A stretch of 64,000 nt of DNA, taken from Candidatus Iainarchaeum sp. (GTDB taxonomy: Archaea > Iainarchaeota > Iainarchaeia > Iainarchaeales > UBA10219). The notes beneath the pieces were generated by a model that did no database searches, was not told the origin of the DNA, and saw only the letters and a program-made list of their open reading frames with translations. How positions within the stretch are numbered: position 1 is the stretch's first letter; every line of letters starts with the position of its first letter. The translations under genes were made by a program, and so were the position numbers. Where the stretch lies: NCBI GenBank assembly GCA_018304425.1, contig JAGVWE010000004.1, positions 32,001-96,000 of the forward strand. Reading direction: 5' to 3'. Shown in pieces: positions 29,501 to 37,579 of the stretch.

Positions 29501-29717
29501 GCACCGGGCCTGGAAGCACAGCTTCCCCGTCAACCGGGGTCCGCCCGACCTGACTCCGGCCATCAGCTCCCGTTATCCTGATGGCGAAACCGTCACCACC
29601 GTCGGCTTGTGCGCCCCGAAGGAACACGAGATGCGTCAGGAAGCCGACGTTTCCTTCTGCTGCAGCCGCAGGTTCCGCAAGGGCTGGTTCGGTGAGAACA
29701 CCAAGATTTGCGCTTGA
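26580..29717 (+). CDS. Large secreted surface protein with InlB-B-like beta repeats, IPT/TIG-like domain and Cys-rich C-terminal domain
   Basis: Signal peptide; about 6 repeats of type G.G.V.S...I.CG..C...Y..G..VTL.A.P.....F..W.G.C......C.V; PSISSISP; Cys-rich end. Confidence 0.8.
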   Translation: MFAKQFLPLVCLLLFAALGSAAQLTVHLEGQGYVSSYPSGILCGAACQETYDEGTEMTLTAHPSEGMTFLNWEGCDSANGLLCIVTLNGDVEVTANFSGPTSTEFRLRVTRSGTATGKVQSTDGLIFCGSLCLYDEAKYQSGSTVTLNASPGTAFTSWQGDCSGTQATCTLSMDSDKEVEAVFGQPTLVKELPEPAKPTPSPGQPPQTQPPSTPPKPPAGPPKPGDFSLHVEVAGGLSGSPPGTVVSSDKRVNCQAPCDVGYAAGSQVPLEAVPAKGYKFSGWEGACGGPQAACTALVKGGSIFFRPVTNVRAVFVPVLANVEVSVSGPGRVTDPYRIGCPAFCAASYPLPQGSVTLTASQAADVTFEGWGGACQGTQPTCTVALSEASPMKVSASFKGPPPPPKLTVSVKGNGKDKLWMQVGGPKQAVTTVECTGECTYTYPRGTTVQFVPYPDARQQLKDLGGACLGKKDAEVACSVLLDSDKQVTASFSPRDFRKLTVVKPVLGEVDSSSVIRPSSGGDIHSWDDKIRCGNADNACSAEYDSFMKVTLQFKADDPNGVGVFLSGCDEVKPSFYGGTYCLVGLSKGDRTVETWGSLQQEQTIVREALFQVFNQRKDCHSRLNLLLLTGEPFQRVLPEYKAKRAGRTIEDVKAYLKGLPASWRTDTGIQTAFDQCNADLVQGALREVFAGESKQFPVLTNFLMDPNQRPTQRGAAIMSTLTAAPPNPPDFKDWLQKNKTLAYEQWGIKDFLDNWKQGEEARKKQDEAKRQEEANRTPSISSISPDGWQIGKQPILAGGDFVNVASVTIDGAAVRFDPRSANEIALPDIEWGVDERGRKPDKPGRVRVTLANGKYTEANLISPARAITLHAEGKEEACFGGVGKACSGGGDEWDWKFGSDKLVVPVGCLPEKNGYRECWVVPGSIRHDNCCVRFPFGQMCAGTRHSTDGKPAEENNHDSHCVQEWDDAKWDVIWHRAWKHSFPVNRGPPDLTPAISSRYPDGETVTTVGLCAPKEHEMRQEADVSFCCSRRFRKGWFGENTKICA

Positions 29718-29720
29718 TGT

Positions 29721-30341
29721 CTAATGGTACCGCGCCCGTTCCCCAATCTCTTCCATCTGCCTGAACACCCGCTCGGCCGCCCCCTGGCCGCAGGCCTCGG
29801 CATAGCCCTGGCAGACCGCTTTCCAGCCCTGTGGAAGGTCAAAGTGCGTGGCCTCAAACGTTTTCTTGAACACCAGCAAGTCGACGGCCTGGTCTTCCAC
29901 GCGCTTCGAGAAGTAGCCCAATCCGAAGTCCAGCAGCACCAATTCCGCCTTATTATGTAGCAGGACGTTGCTGGTCGTCAAATCCCCATGCACGATGCCG
30001 GCCGCGTGCAGCTTTCCCGCCATTTTCCCCAGCCGCTCACACCATCCCGTATTCTTTGCCGTCAACGCATCCTTCAACCGCGGCCCCTCCACGAACTCCA
30101 TGAAGACGCGTTTGCCCTGCCGGTCCACCTTGAACACCAAGGGAGTGCGCACGCCGGCCAGCTTGGCGCGGTGGAGCAGAATGCATTCCTGTTTGGTGCG
30201 CTCGCGCCTGATTTTTTCGTCCAATTCCTTGACGCGGTAGGTTTTCGGTTGGCGGTCTTTCACCAGGCAAGGCTGGCCGAGATACTCGTCCACGTACAAC
30301 TGGGCTTCCGCTCCCTGCTTGAGCCACTTCACTTCCTGCAC
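29721..30341 (-). CDS. bud32: KEOPS kinase Bud32
   Basis: QGAEA, HGDLTTSN, DFGL, EDQAVDL, C-terminal RARY. Confidence 0.94.
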   Translation of the reverse strand: MQEVKWLKQGAEAQLYVDEYLGQPCLVKDRQPKTYRVKELDEKIRRERTKQECILLHRAKLAGVRTPLVFKVDRQGKRVFMEFVEGPRLKDALTAKNTGWCERLGKMAGKLHAAGIVHGDLTTSNVLLHNKAELVLLDFGLGYFSKRVEDQAVDLLVFKKTFEATHFDLPQGWKAVCQGYAEACGQGAAERVFRQMEEIGERARYH

Positions 30342-30892
30342 CTTGACTCCAGTTGCTTGGCGGCCGCCGTGTTGGTTATCGCCAGGTAGGCAACATAGCG
30401 GTCAAAGTCCGGGCCGGCCACGCCCGCAAATCTGTCCATGAAATTCGCAAAGTCTTTTTCCAGGATTTTTTTCTTTTCAAGGGCAAGCCGCGCACGGGTC
30501 GCCGCTTCCTCGAATGCGGCCCTCGCCTTTCCCGCCGCGCCATCCTTCGAGCAGTCCGGCGCGATGATTCCCACCACCTTCAAGTGCTCGCGGCCCTCAA
30601 ACATCTTCTTCAAGGCCGCGGCCACGTCCAACTCGATGTCCGCCGCTTTCTCCAATGCCCGGCCCTCCGCGGAGCCACTGGCGCCAGCGGCCTCCTTGAC
30701 CGCCTTCATCTCGGACTCGAAGCCCAGCACGTCCACGGGATGCGCTGGCATGAAGGCATCCGCTCCCAATCCATACTTGGCCAGTACCGCCTGGTAACCG
30801 GCCAACGCCTTGGCCTCGCCGCCCGGCACCACGCAACCCAGGGCCAGCAAGGACACGGCCAGCAGCAAAACAATGGTTTTCATGGTTTTCAC
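30329..30892 (-). CDS. Hypothetical lipoprotein
   Basis: Signal peptide with lipobox LALGC; helical body. Confidence 0.7.
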   Translation of the reverse strand: MKTMKTIVLLLAVSLLALGCVVPGGEAKALAGYQAVLAKYGLGADAFMPAHPVDVLGFESEMKAVKEAAGASGSAEGRALEKAADIELDVAAALKKMFEGREHLKVVGIIAPDCSKDGAAGKARAAFEEAATRARLALEKKKILEKDFANFMDRFAGVAGPDFDRYVAYLAITNTAAAKQLESRCRK

Positions 30893-30913
30893 CCATTAAG
30901 GGTTTACCTTCCT

Positions 30914-33352
30914 TTAAACGTTTACGCCTATGGCCAGGCCATCCGCCACCTGGAGGGGCTCGGCCGGCTTCTCGAATGCAAGTTCCTTGGCGCGCGCCGC
31001 CGCCTGGATGTCCCGTGCCAGGGGCTCCAGCAGCCTCCGTTCCCTGGCGTCAATCGAGAGCCGCTTGACTTCCGCGCCCAGGGAAAGGCTCTTCGAGGAC
31101 TTGAACTGCCTGACCGCTGCCACCACCAGCACGGCCAGGTCCCCGGCCTGCACGGCTTTTTCGTCGGCAAACTCCTGGAACGGTTCCGGCCACGCGCTGA
31201 CATGGATGCTCTCCGCCTTTTCCTTGCCAGCGAAGTACAGGGAATAAATCTCTTCCGTGACGTGGGGCAGGAGCGGGGCAAACAACTTGAGAATAGTCAG
31301 CAACGCCGTGTACAGCGTCCACCGCGCCGACTGCACGTCTTCAGCCGGGTACGCCTGCGCGTTGTACAACCTGTCCTTCACCATCTCCAGGTAGTTGTCG
31401 CAGAACTCCTTCCAAAAAAAGTGGTCCGCCGCCATCTTGGGCTTGTGGAACTCATAGGCTTCAAAGCCCCGGGTCGCGGCCTCCACGGCCTGGTTCAGTT
31501 TTCCCATCAGCCAGGCGTCCAGGGGCGCGAGTTTCTCCGGCTTCCCGCCCTCCAATTTATCCAGGTGGGTCAAACAAAACTTGGCCGCATTCCACAGCTT
31601 GGTCACGAGCTTCTGCCCGGTCACCAGGTCCTTTTCCTGGTAGGGAAGGTCCTCTCCCAGGGAACAACTGGCCGCCCAATACCGGAGGGCATCCGCGCCA
31701 AACCGTTCCACGACCACGTTGGGCTCGACGACGTTCCCCTTGCTCTTGCTCATCTTCTCCCCGTAGGGGTCGGTGACGTAGCCATTGATCATGACGTCCT
31801 TCCACGGCAGTTTTCCTTCATGCAGGAGGCTTTTCACCACGGTGTTGAACAACCAAAAGGTGATGATGTCGTGGCCGTTCGCGCGCAGGGACATCGGGAA
31901 CATCCGGCCAAAGAACTTCTCGTCTTCCCTCCACTTCAACGCAATCTGGGGCGTCAAACTGCTCGTTGCCCACGTGTCCATGACGTCTTTTTCCCCCACG
32001 AACTCCGTGCCCCTGCATTTCCCGCACCTTTGGCCGGCCTTTGGCTGGCTCGCCGTCGGGTCCACGGGCAACTCCGTTTCGTCCGCAAAAACGGCTTCCC
32101 CACACTTCGCGCAATACCAAATCGGGAAGGGAACCCCGAAGAACCGCTGCCGCGACACGCACCAGTCCCACTTCAAGCCCTTCACCCAATTGTCGTACCT
32201 CACCTTCATGTGCGCCGGGTGCCAATTCAGCTTCGCGCCCGCCTCCAGAAACTTCTCCTTCAAGTCCAGGTACCGGATGAACCACTGTTTGGTCGCCACG
32301 TACTCGACCTCGGTCTCGCACCGCTCGTGCACGTTCACCGCGTGCTTGATGGGCTGCTGTTTCTTCAACGCCCCGATGGCCTTCAAATCCTCCAACACCG
32401 CTTGCCGTGCCTCCTTGCTCGTCATGCCCTTATACTTCCCTGCCCGCTCGTTGTAGCGGCCGCTCACGTCCATGACCAGCACGGGCTTGACATCCGGGTG
32501 CTTGGTCAGCCAGTCAATGCAGTCCGTTCCCCCATAACTGCAATAATAGACCGCGCCCGTCCCGTATTCGGGCAGGGTTTCCTCGTCGCCTTTCACGGGC
32601 ACCCACCGGTCAATCAACGGGATTTTGACTTTCTTTCCAATCAAGTGCTTGTAGCGCTGGTCCTCGGGGTTGACCGAGAACCCCACGCAGGCCGGCAAAA
32701 CCTCTGGCCGCGTGGTCGCGAACTGGAGCTTCTCCCCGTTCTCGGCCTCGACTTCAATATAGTTGAGGAACGACTCCAGTTCCTTGTCCTTCATCTCCAC
32801 CTGCGCAATCACGGTCTGGCACTGCGGGCAGATGACAAGGGGAGCTTCCTTTCGTTCCAGCCTTCCTTTCTTGTGGAGGTCAAGCAGGCTCCGTTGACTG
32901 GTCTTCATGCTCCAGTCGTCGATCGTCCGGTACTGCAGGTTCCAGTCGCAGCTGATGCCGATGCCTTGCCAGGACTGCTTCAACTGCTTCTCGGCTTCCA
33001 CGGTTTCCCGCAGGCACAATTTCACGAAGTCGGGGCGCGGCATCCGGCTGCCCTTGACCCCGCACTTTTTCTCGACGAACCTTTCAGTGGCCAAGCCGTT
33101 GTCGTCGAAGCCGAAGGGATAGAATGGGTGCTCGCCTTTCATGCGGTGAAAGCGCATGATGAAGTCGGCCTGCGAGTAGGCCATGGCGTGGCCCATGTGC
33201 ATTTTTCCCGAAACAGTCGGGGGCGGCGTGTCACAGCTGTAAACCGGTTGCTTGGTTTTCGCATCAAACCGGTAAACGCCGAGGTCTTCCCAGGCCTTCT
33301 GCCATTTCGCTTCCGCGTCCTTGAACGAGTAGTTCTTCGGAAGTTCCATCAA
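30914..33352 (-). CDS. valS: Valine--tRNA ligase (archaeal type)
   Basis: DTPPPTVSG, HMGH, DWCVSRQR, KMSKS, GADALR. Confidence 0.95.
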   Translation of the reverse strand: MMELPKNYSFKDAEAKWQKAWEDLGVYRFDAKTKQPVYSCDTPPPTVSGKMHMGHAMAYSQADFIMRFHRMKGEHPFYPFGFDDNGLATERFVEKKCGVKGSRMPRPDFVKLCLRETVEAEKQLKQSWQGIGISCDWNLQYRTIDDWSMKTSQRSLLDLHKKGRLERKEAPLVICPQCQTVIAQVEMKDKELESFLNYIEVEAENGEKLQFATTRPEVLPACVGFSVNPEDQRYKHLIGKKVKIPLIDRWVPVKGDEETLPEYGTGAVYYCSYGGTDCIDWLTKHPDVKPVLVMDVSGRYNERAGKYKGMTSKEARQAVLEDLKAIGALKKQQPIKHAVNVHERCETEVEYVATKQWFIRYLDLKEKFLEAGAKLNWHPAHMKVRYDNWVKGLKWDWCVSRQRFFGVPFPIWYCAKCGEAVFADETELPVDPTASQPKAGQRCGKCRGTEFVGEKDVMDTWATSSLTPQIALKWREDEKFFGRMFPMSLRANGHDIITFWLFNTVVKSLLHEGKLPWKDVMINGYVTDPYGEKMSKSKGNVVEPNVVVERFGADALRYWAASCSLGEDLPYQEKDLVTGQKLVTKLWNAAKFCLTHLDKLEGGKPEKLAPLDAWLMGKLNQAVEAATRGFEAYEFHKPKMAADHFFWKEFCDNYLEMVKDRLYNAQAYPAEDVQSARWTLYTALLTILKLFAPLLPHVTEEIYSLYFAGKEKAESIHVSAWPEPFQEFADEKAVQAGDLAVLVVAAVRQFKSSKSLSLGAEVKRLSIDARERRLLEPLARDIQAAARAKELAFEKPAEPLQVADGLAIGVNV

Positions 33353-33409
33353 AATCCCCGCCGCCTTTGCCGGCTAATTAAGTCCATTAAACAGAATAAG
33401 GCTTTAAAT

Positions 33410-33592
33410 GAGTGGCCAGCCCCCGTGGGGGCGATTCTCACACCTGACCCATTCTAGGCCCCGACCAATTTATATTCCGGCAAGCTTCACGGTTCTCCGG
33501 CCCAACCGCCACAGCCGGTTGACGTCTGTGGACTAGTCCCGTCTTCGACGGGACGAGGCCTTCCGAAGGCCCCATAGGGCTATAGGCACTCC
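33410..33592 (-). ncRNA. Putative structured non-coding RNA or leader, family unknown (strand uncertain)
   Basis: Intergenic; several perfect stems, terminal GAGTG/CACTC complementarity, possible pseudoknot, minus-strand TTTTATAA at 33605-33612. Confidence 0.45.
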
Positions 33593-33688
33593 AGGCGTTT
33601 TCCCTTATAAAAGCCCTTGGAATTCGCTTGCCGAACTTCGATTCCCTTCGGGGAAAGCTATAAATAGGGCCTACGCGTATTAGATGCC

Positions 33689-34918
33689 ATGACCCGCCAA
33701 ACGCTGGTTGTGCTGTTCCTGGCCTTGCTGCTTGCCTCGGCGGTTTCCGTGTACGCCGCGGAAGCCGACCCACCCGCCCAGCCGGCCGCGCCACTGACGA
33801 TGGGCACTGCCTTTTCGAATGCCCCCCCACTCGCCGAAGGAACGTACAAGGTCAAAACGAATGCAAAGAGCGATTGGGGGGAAGTCTGGCACTACCTGAA
33901 GTTTGACGGCCGCCCAGGATATCTCTTGAACGTGGATGTCACCGCCCAGTTCCCGGATAAATGCAGTGCTGCGTATTTGTGCGAGACAGACCATTACTTA
34001 TACTTGTATAACGCGGACCAGGAACACGTAAGCTCACTGGCTGATTCAGCAGCGTTCAAAGTCGGCAAACCGTTCCCAACGCTAAACGGCTGGTACTTCT
34101 TCTCAGCCGAGCAAGCAGGCTCCTATTATTTGGTGCTCAAAACAAGGCATTATTATGGCCCCCCCTCTAAGTCGACGGACAAAGACGCCGAATTCGAGGC
34201 AGATTTGGCTATCACTTGGCAGCTTGGTGGTGATGCAGGGTCAACCACCGATGCACCGACCGGGTTCACACAGGCCCTGCCCCTCACACCAGGAACCCAT
34301 AAAGCCTACCTTCTCATGGGCAGGCACGGTGTCGATAAGATAGACACTTATTCCATTGACCTGAAGAAATTCGAGAAGCTGTCCATCCGCATCGTCCCCG
34401 ACGAGAAGTATAAGGGCAGCTTTGGCGTGTCCTTCTACAACAGCGACCGCCAAAAGTTCGCGTTCGGGCACGCGACAGCCGCCAATGCGGGCGCCATCGT
34501 GAACGCCTCTTTGGCCGCCGCCCCCGTGGGCCAGACCGTTTACTTCCAAATCCTGAATGCGGATCCAATAGATAATCTTCTGGGTGGCACGCCGGGCGGC
34601 CCTTATTCCATTGAGGTCAAGGTCGAACCCGCCGAGTCCTGCACTTCCGAGGAAAACAGTATGCGAGGGTCTTGTACGGGGCAATGGGAGGCCTGCATCG
34701 AAGGAAAATGCGTGTCGAACAGCTACTACTATGATTACGTCAAGAAAAAGGCGCCCGTCGTCCAGAAGACCCCTAACCTACCTACGACGCCTAAAACGCC
34801 TTCGCCTTCCACACCCAAGCAGTCGCCGCCTGCTGTCCCTGCACAGGGCGATGCAATGTCCGCCTTCTTCGAGGCGCTCTACCGGTTCTTGAGCGGCTGG
34901 TTCGGCGGCAAGGGTTGA
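33689..34918 (+). CDS. Secreted/surface protein with two PPC-like beta-sandwich repeats
   Basis: Signal peptide; repeats GTAFSNAPPLAEGTY / PTGFTQALPLTPGTH; Cys motif, Pro/Thr linker, amphipathic C-terminal helix. Confidence 0.7.
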   Translation: MTRQTLVVLFLALLLASAVSVYAAEADPPAQPAAPLTMGTAFSNAPPLAEGTYKVKTNAKSDWGEVWHYLKFDGRPGYLLNVDVTAQFPDKCSAAYLCETDHYLYLYNADQEHVSSLADSAAFKVGKPFPTLNGWYFFSAEQAGSYYLVLKTRHYYGPPSKSTDKDAEFEADLAITWQLGGDAGSTTDAPTGFTQALPLTPGTHKAYLLMGRHGVDKIDTYSIDLKKFEKLSIRIVPDEKYKGSFGVSFYNSDRQKFAFGHATAANAGAIVNASLAAAPVGQTVYFQILNADPIDNLLGGTPGGPYSIEVKVEPAESCTSEENSMRGSCTGQWEACIEGKCVSNSYYYDYVKKKAPVVQKTPNLPTTPKTPSPSTPKQSPPAVPAQGDAMSAFFEALYRFLSGWFGGKG

Positions 34919-34971
34919 CGCGTTCGGTCTTAACCTGAATCCTTAAATTCTGGTTCCGCTCCTATTGGAGT

Positions 34972-36405
34972 ATGCAGCCTCGCCTTCGGTTGCCCCGCCG
35001 CCCCTGGCAGCGAACCCGACCAAAAAAGAAGTGGACAAGGGAAATCGTTTTGGTTAGGCAACGCCGGGCGGCCCGAGAAAAAGTCCTATCCGCGGTTGAG
35101 TCTCCTATGGCTCCCAGCCCTGCGAGGCTACGCGCTTTCCCAGAGGAGCGGAGGGGCCCGCACTTGGCCACCAAAACAATGGTTCACCGCTCGCTTTGGG
35201 CGGGAGTCAAGGCAGTACGAGCTGGGGGTCTGGTTGACCGCTTATCCGCTCGCTACAAGTTTTGGAGGGAAAGGTTAGGCGAGCAAACTTTTAGGAACAC
35301 CTTGACCGCCCGGAAATCAAGGAAAAAAATTTTTGCCGAGTCTATCCGGCTTCGGGACGCCCTCGCAGCCCTCGGCATCGCTCGTCGCCTCGAAGGAAAC
35401 GCGCTCACGAGACTCTCCCCTTCGCGGAAAAAAGCAATCATTGCCGCCGTTGACGTGCTGGGCTCAGTCAAGGCAGCGGCGGCCCTTTTCGGGTTGCCCG
35501 CTGCCGATGTTTCCCTTGTCTTGGGAGAAGCCGGAAAGAGCGTTGCAGCGCATCCTTTGACTCCCAAGCAACGGGAGACGCTTGCGCAACTGCAGGCCTT
35601 GGAAAGAAAGGCTCGCTTGGAAGGCATGTCCCCTGAGCAGGTTCGAGCGGGGCGGAAAGCCATCGAAGCGGCCCGCGGTTTCGACCACGTTCAATGGCTC
35701 ATGCGCGTGCACGGGCAACAGCAGGGCCTCGATTTTTTGGACTATGCAAACCTTCCGAGGCCCATTCAAAGGCGTAGGGCACCCAACGCTCTTTCGGCCG
35801 AGGAACGGGCCCAAATAGTTGTCAACAGCAAGAGGTCGCTGGAAAGCGCCGTTCGAAGCGTGCTTGGACGCAGCAAGGCCTACGCGAGCATGACGCCCGG
35901 GGAGGTCGCGGGGTGGGTGGCTTGGCTGCAGCCAAGAGTTGCTGAGGATCTGGGGTTTTCAGATGAAGCCAGGCTTCGGAAGGAGCCCGGGACCCAGGTT
36001 TATGCCAGCGCCCGAAGGCGGCTCAAAAGACAACTACGTTCTGAAAAACCGAAGAAGAGGAAACGCAAGCTGAGGGCAGGGGAGGTACCCAGAGGGAAAC
36101 GAGGCACCTTGACGACTTTGGACGCTCCGATGGGCGAGGATGCGCCGAGCAGAAAGGATGTGCTTCCGGCAAGACCCGAGGTAGACGTGACTGATGCACA
36201 CATTCATGCATTCATTGAAAAAATTGCCCCGCTTGCCAAGCTGGATGAAAGAGACCGGGTCATCTTGTTAGGCGAATTAACTGGCAAGCCCCGTTCCATA
36301 ACGGCGGCTAGCATGGGGATAACTTCGGTAGGTATCGCTGCCAGACTCAGAAGGATTCGAGGCAGATTATCCAGGGCCCAAAATGAAATCCGGGAACTCT
36401 TGTAG
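34972..36405 (+). CDS. Orphan basic protein with degenerate sigma-70-like C-terminal half
   Basis: TLDAPMGED (sigma3.2-like), LDERDRVILL...MGITSVGIAARLRRIRGRL (sigma4-like); TTAAAT about 24 nt upstream. Confidence 0.7.
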   Translation: MQPRLRLPRRPWQRTRPKKKWTREIVLVRQRRAAREKVLSAVESPMAPSPARLRAFPEERRGPHLATKTMVHRSLWAGVKAVRAGGLVDRLSARYKFWRERLGEQTFRNTLTARKSRKKIFAESIRLRDALAALGIARRLEGNALTRLSPSRKKAIIAAVDVLGSVKAAAALFGLPAADVSLVLGEAGKSVAAHPLTPKQRETLAQLQALERKARLEGMSPEQVRAGRKAIEAARGFDHVQWLMRVHGQQQGLDFLDYANLPRPIQRRRAPNALSAEERAQIVVNSKRSLESAVRSVLGRSKAYASMTPGEVAGWVAWLQPRVAEDLGFSDEARLRKEPGTQVYASARRRLKRQLRSEKPKKRKRKLRAGEVPRGKRGTLTTLDAPMGEDAPSRKDVLPARPEVDVTDAHIHAFIEKIAPLAKLDERDRVILLGELTGKPRSITAASMGITSVGIAARLRRIRGRLSRAQNEIRELL

Positions 36406-36410
36406 GGAAC

Positions 36411-37562
36411 TCATCCCCCGAACTTGCGCTTGAACTTTCCGAGCAGGCTGTCGTCCCGCAAATTCTTTCCATCGAGTTCGGCCAGCCTCTCCAGGAGTTC
36501 GCGTTCTTCTTTGCCGAGCTTTTCGGGCACCTTGACGAACACCTTCACGTACTCGTCTCCGAAGCGGTTCGAGTCCAGTTCCTTGACTCCCTTGCCCTTC
36601 AACCGGAACACGGTGCCGGTCTGCGTTCCGGGAGGCACCTTCAACCGGGCCCTGCCCTCCAAAGTAGGCACCTCGATTTCCGCGCCCAGCGCGGCCTCCG
36701 CGAAACCCAGGGGCACCTTGCAGTAAACGTCGGCTCCATCCCTTCTGAACACGTCATGGGGTTCGACGAACAACACGACGAACAAGTCGCCGGGCCTGCC
36801 GCCTCGCTCACCCGCGTTTCCCTCGCTGGTCAACCGCAAATGGTTTCCCGTCCACACCCCGGGAGGAACCTTGACCTGGATTTTGCGCACGGCATTGACC
36901 TTGCCGTGGCCCCGGCATTTGAGGCAAACATCTCTGGCCACCGAGCCCTTGCCCTGGCAGGCATGGCAGGGGCTGGTCGTGGAAAACAGGCCGAAAGCCG
37001 TTCGTTGCACGTGCTGGACCATGCCGCTGCCCCGGCACTTGCCGCAGGCCGTTCGCTCCCCGCCCTTGCTGCCGCTGCCCCCGCAGGCCTCACAGGCTTC
37101 ATGCCGTTCGACCTCGATTTCCTTCGTCGCCCCGAACGCGGCTTCCTCGAAGGAGAGGCTCACCTCGACCTTGATGGGGTCGCCTTGCACGGGTCCCCTG
37201 GGCCGTCTCCGGCCGCCGCCAAAGGCTTCGCCGAATAGGTCACCAAAGCCAAAGCCGCCGAGGTTGCCGAACAACGAGTCAAAGTCGAAGTCCGCTCCCT
37301 GGAAGCCACCGAACCCGGCTCCGCCGAAGCCCGCGCCGCCCGGCCCGGCAAACCCGAACCGGTCGTAGTTGGCCTTCTTTTCCGCGTCGCTCAGCACGCT
37401 GTAGGCTTCGTTGGCTTCCTTGAATTTTTCTTCGGCGTGGGGTTCCTTGCTCACGTCGGGATGGAATTTCTTGGCCAACCGCTTGTAGGCTTCCTTGAGT
37501 TCTGCCGCGGACGCGTTCTTGTTGACGCCGAGCACGTCGTAGTAGTCGCGTTTTTCGGCCAT
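36411..37562 (-). CDS. dnaJ: Chaperone DnaJ
   Basis: J domain HPD, G/F region, four CxxCxGxG. Confidence 0.97.
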   Translation of the reverse strand: MAEKRDYYDVLGVNKNASAAELKEAYKRLAKKFHPDVSKEPHAEEKFKEANEAYSVLSDAEKKANYDRFGFAGPGGAGFGGAGFGGFQGADFDFDSLFGNLGGFGFGDLFGEAFGGGRRRPRGPVQGDPIKVEVSLSFEEAAFGATKEIEVERHEACEACGGSGSKGGERTACGKCRGSGMVQHVQRTAFGLFSTTSPCHACQGKGSVARDVCLKCRGHGKVNAVRKIQVKVPPGVWTGNHLRLTSEGNAGERGGRPGDLFVVLFVEPHDVFRRDGADVYCKVPLGFAEAALGAEIEVPTLEGRARLKVPPGTQTGTVFRLKGKGVKELDSNRFGDEYVKVFVKVPEKLGKEERELLERLAELDGKNLRDDSLLGKFKRKFGG

Positions 37563-37579
37563 CCGCTTTCAACCTTCCG

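Noticed and set aside
30353-33457. 1034-aa plus-strand ORF and other long antisense ORFs (e.g. 11281-13221, 47065-49209, 49896-51695)
   Set aside because: Shadow frames opposite well-identified genes, expected from GC-rich codon bias; no recognisable motifs.
33410-33592. 5S rRNA, RNase P RNA, SRP RNA or T-box identity for the structured element
   Set aside because: Only short fragments resemble them (CACCTGACCCATTC, GTCAGGT); the diagnostic motifs CCGAAC, GAGGAAAGTCC, GGAAGG-AGCAG and GGTGGNACC are absent.
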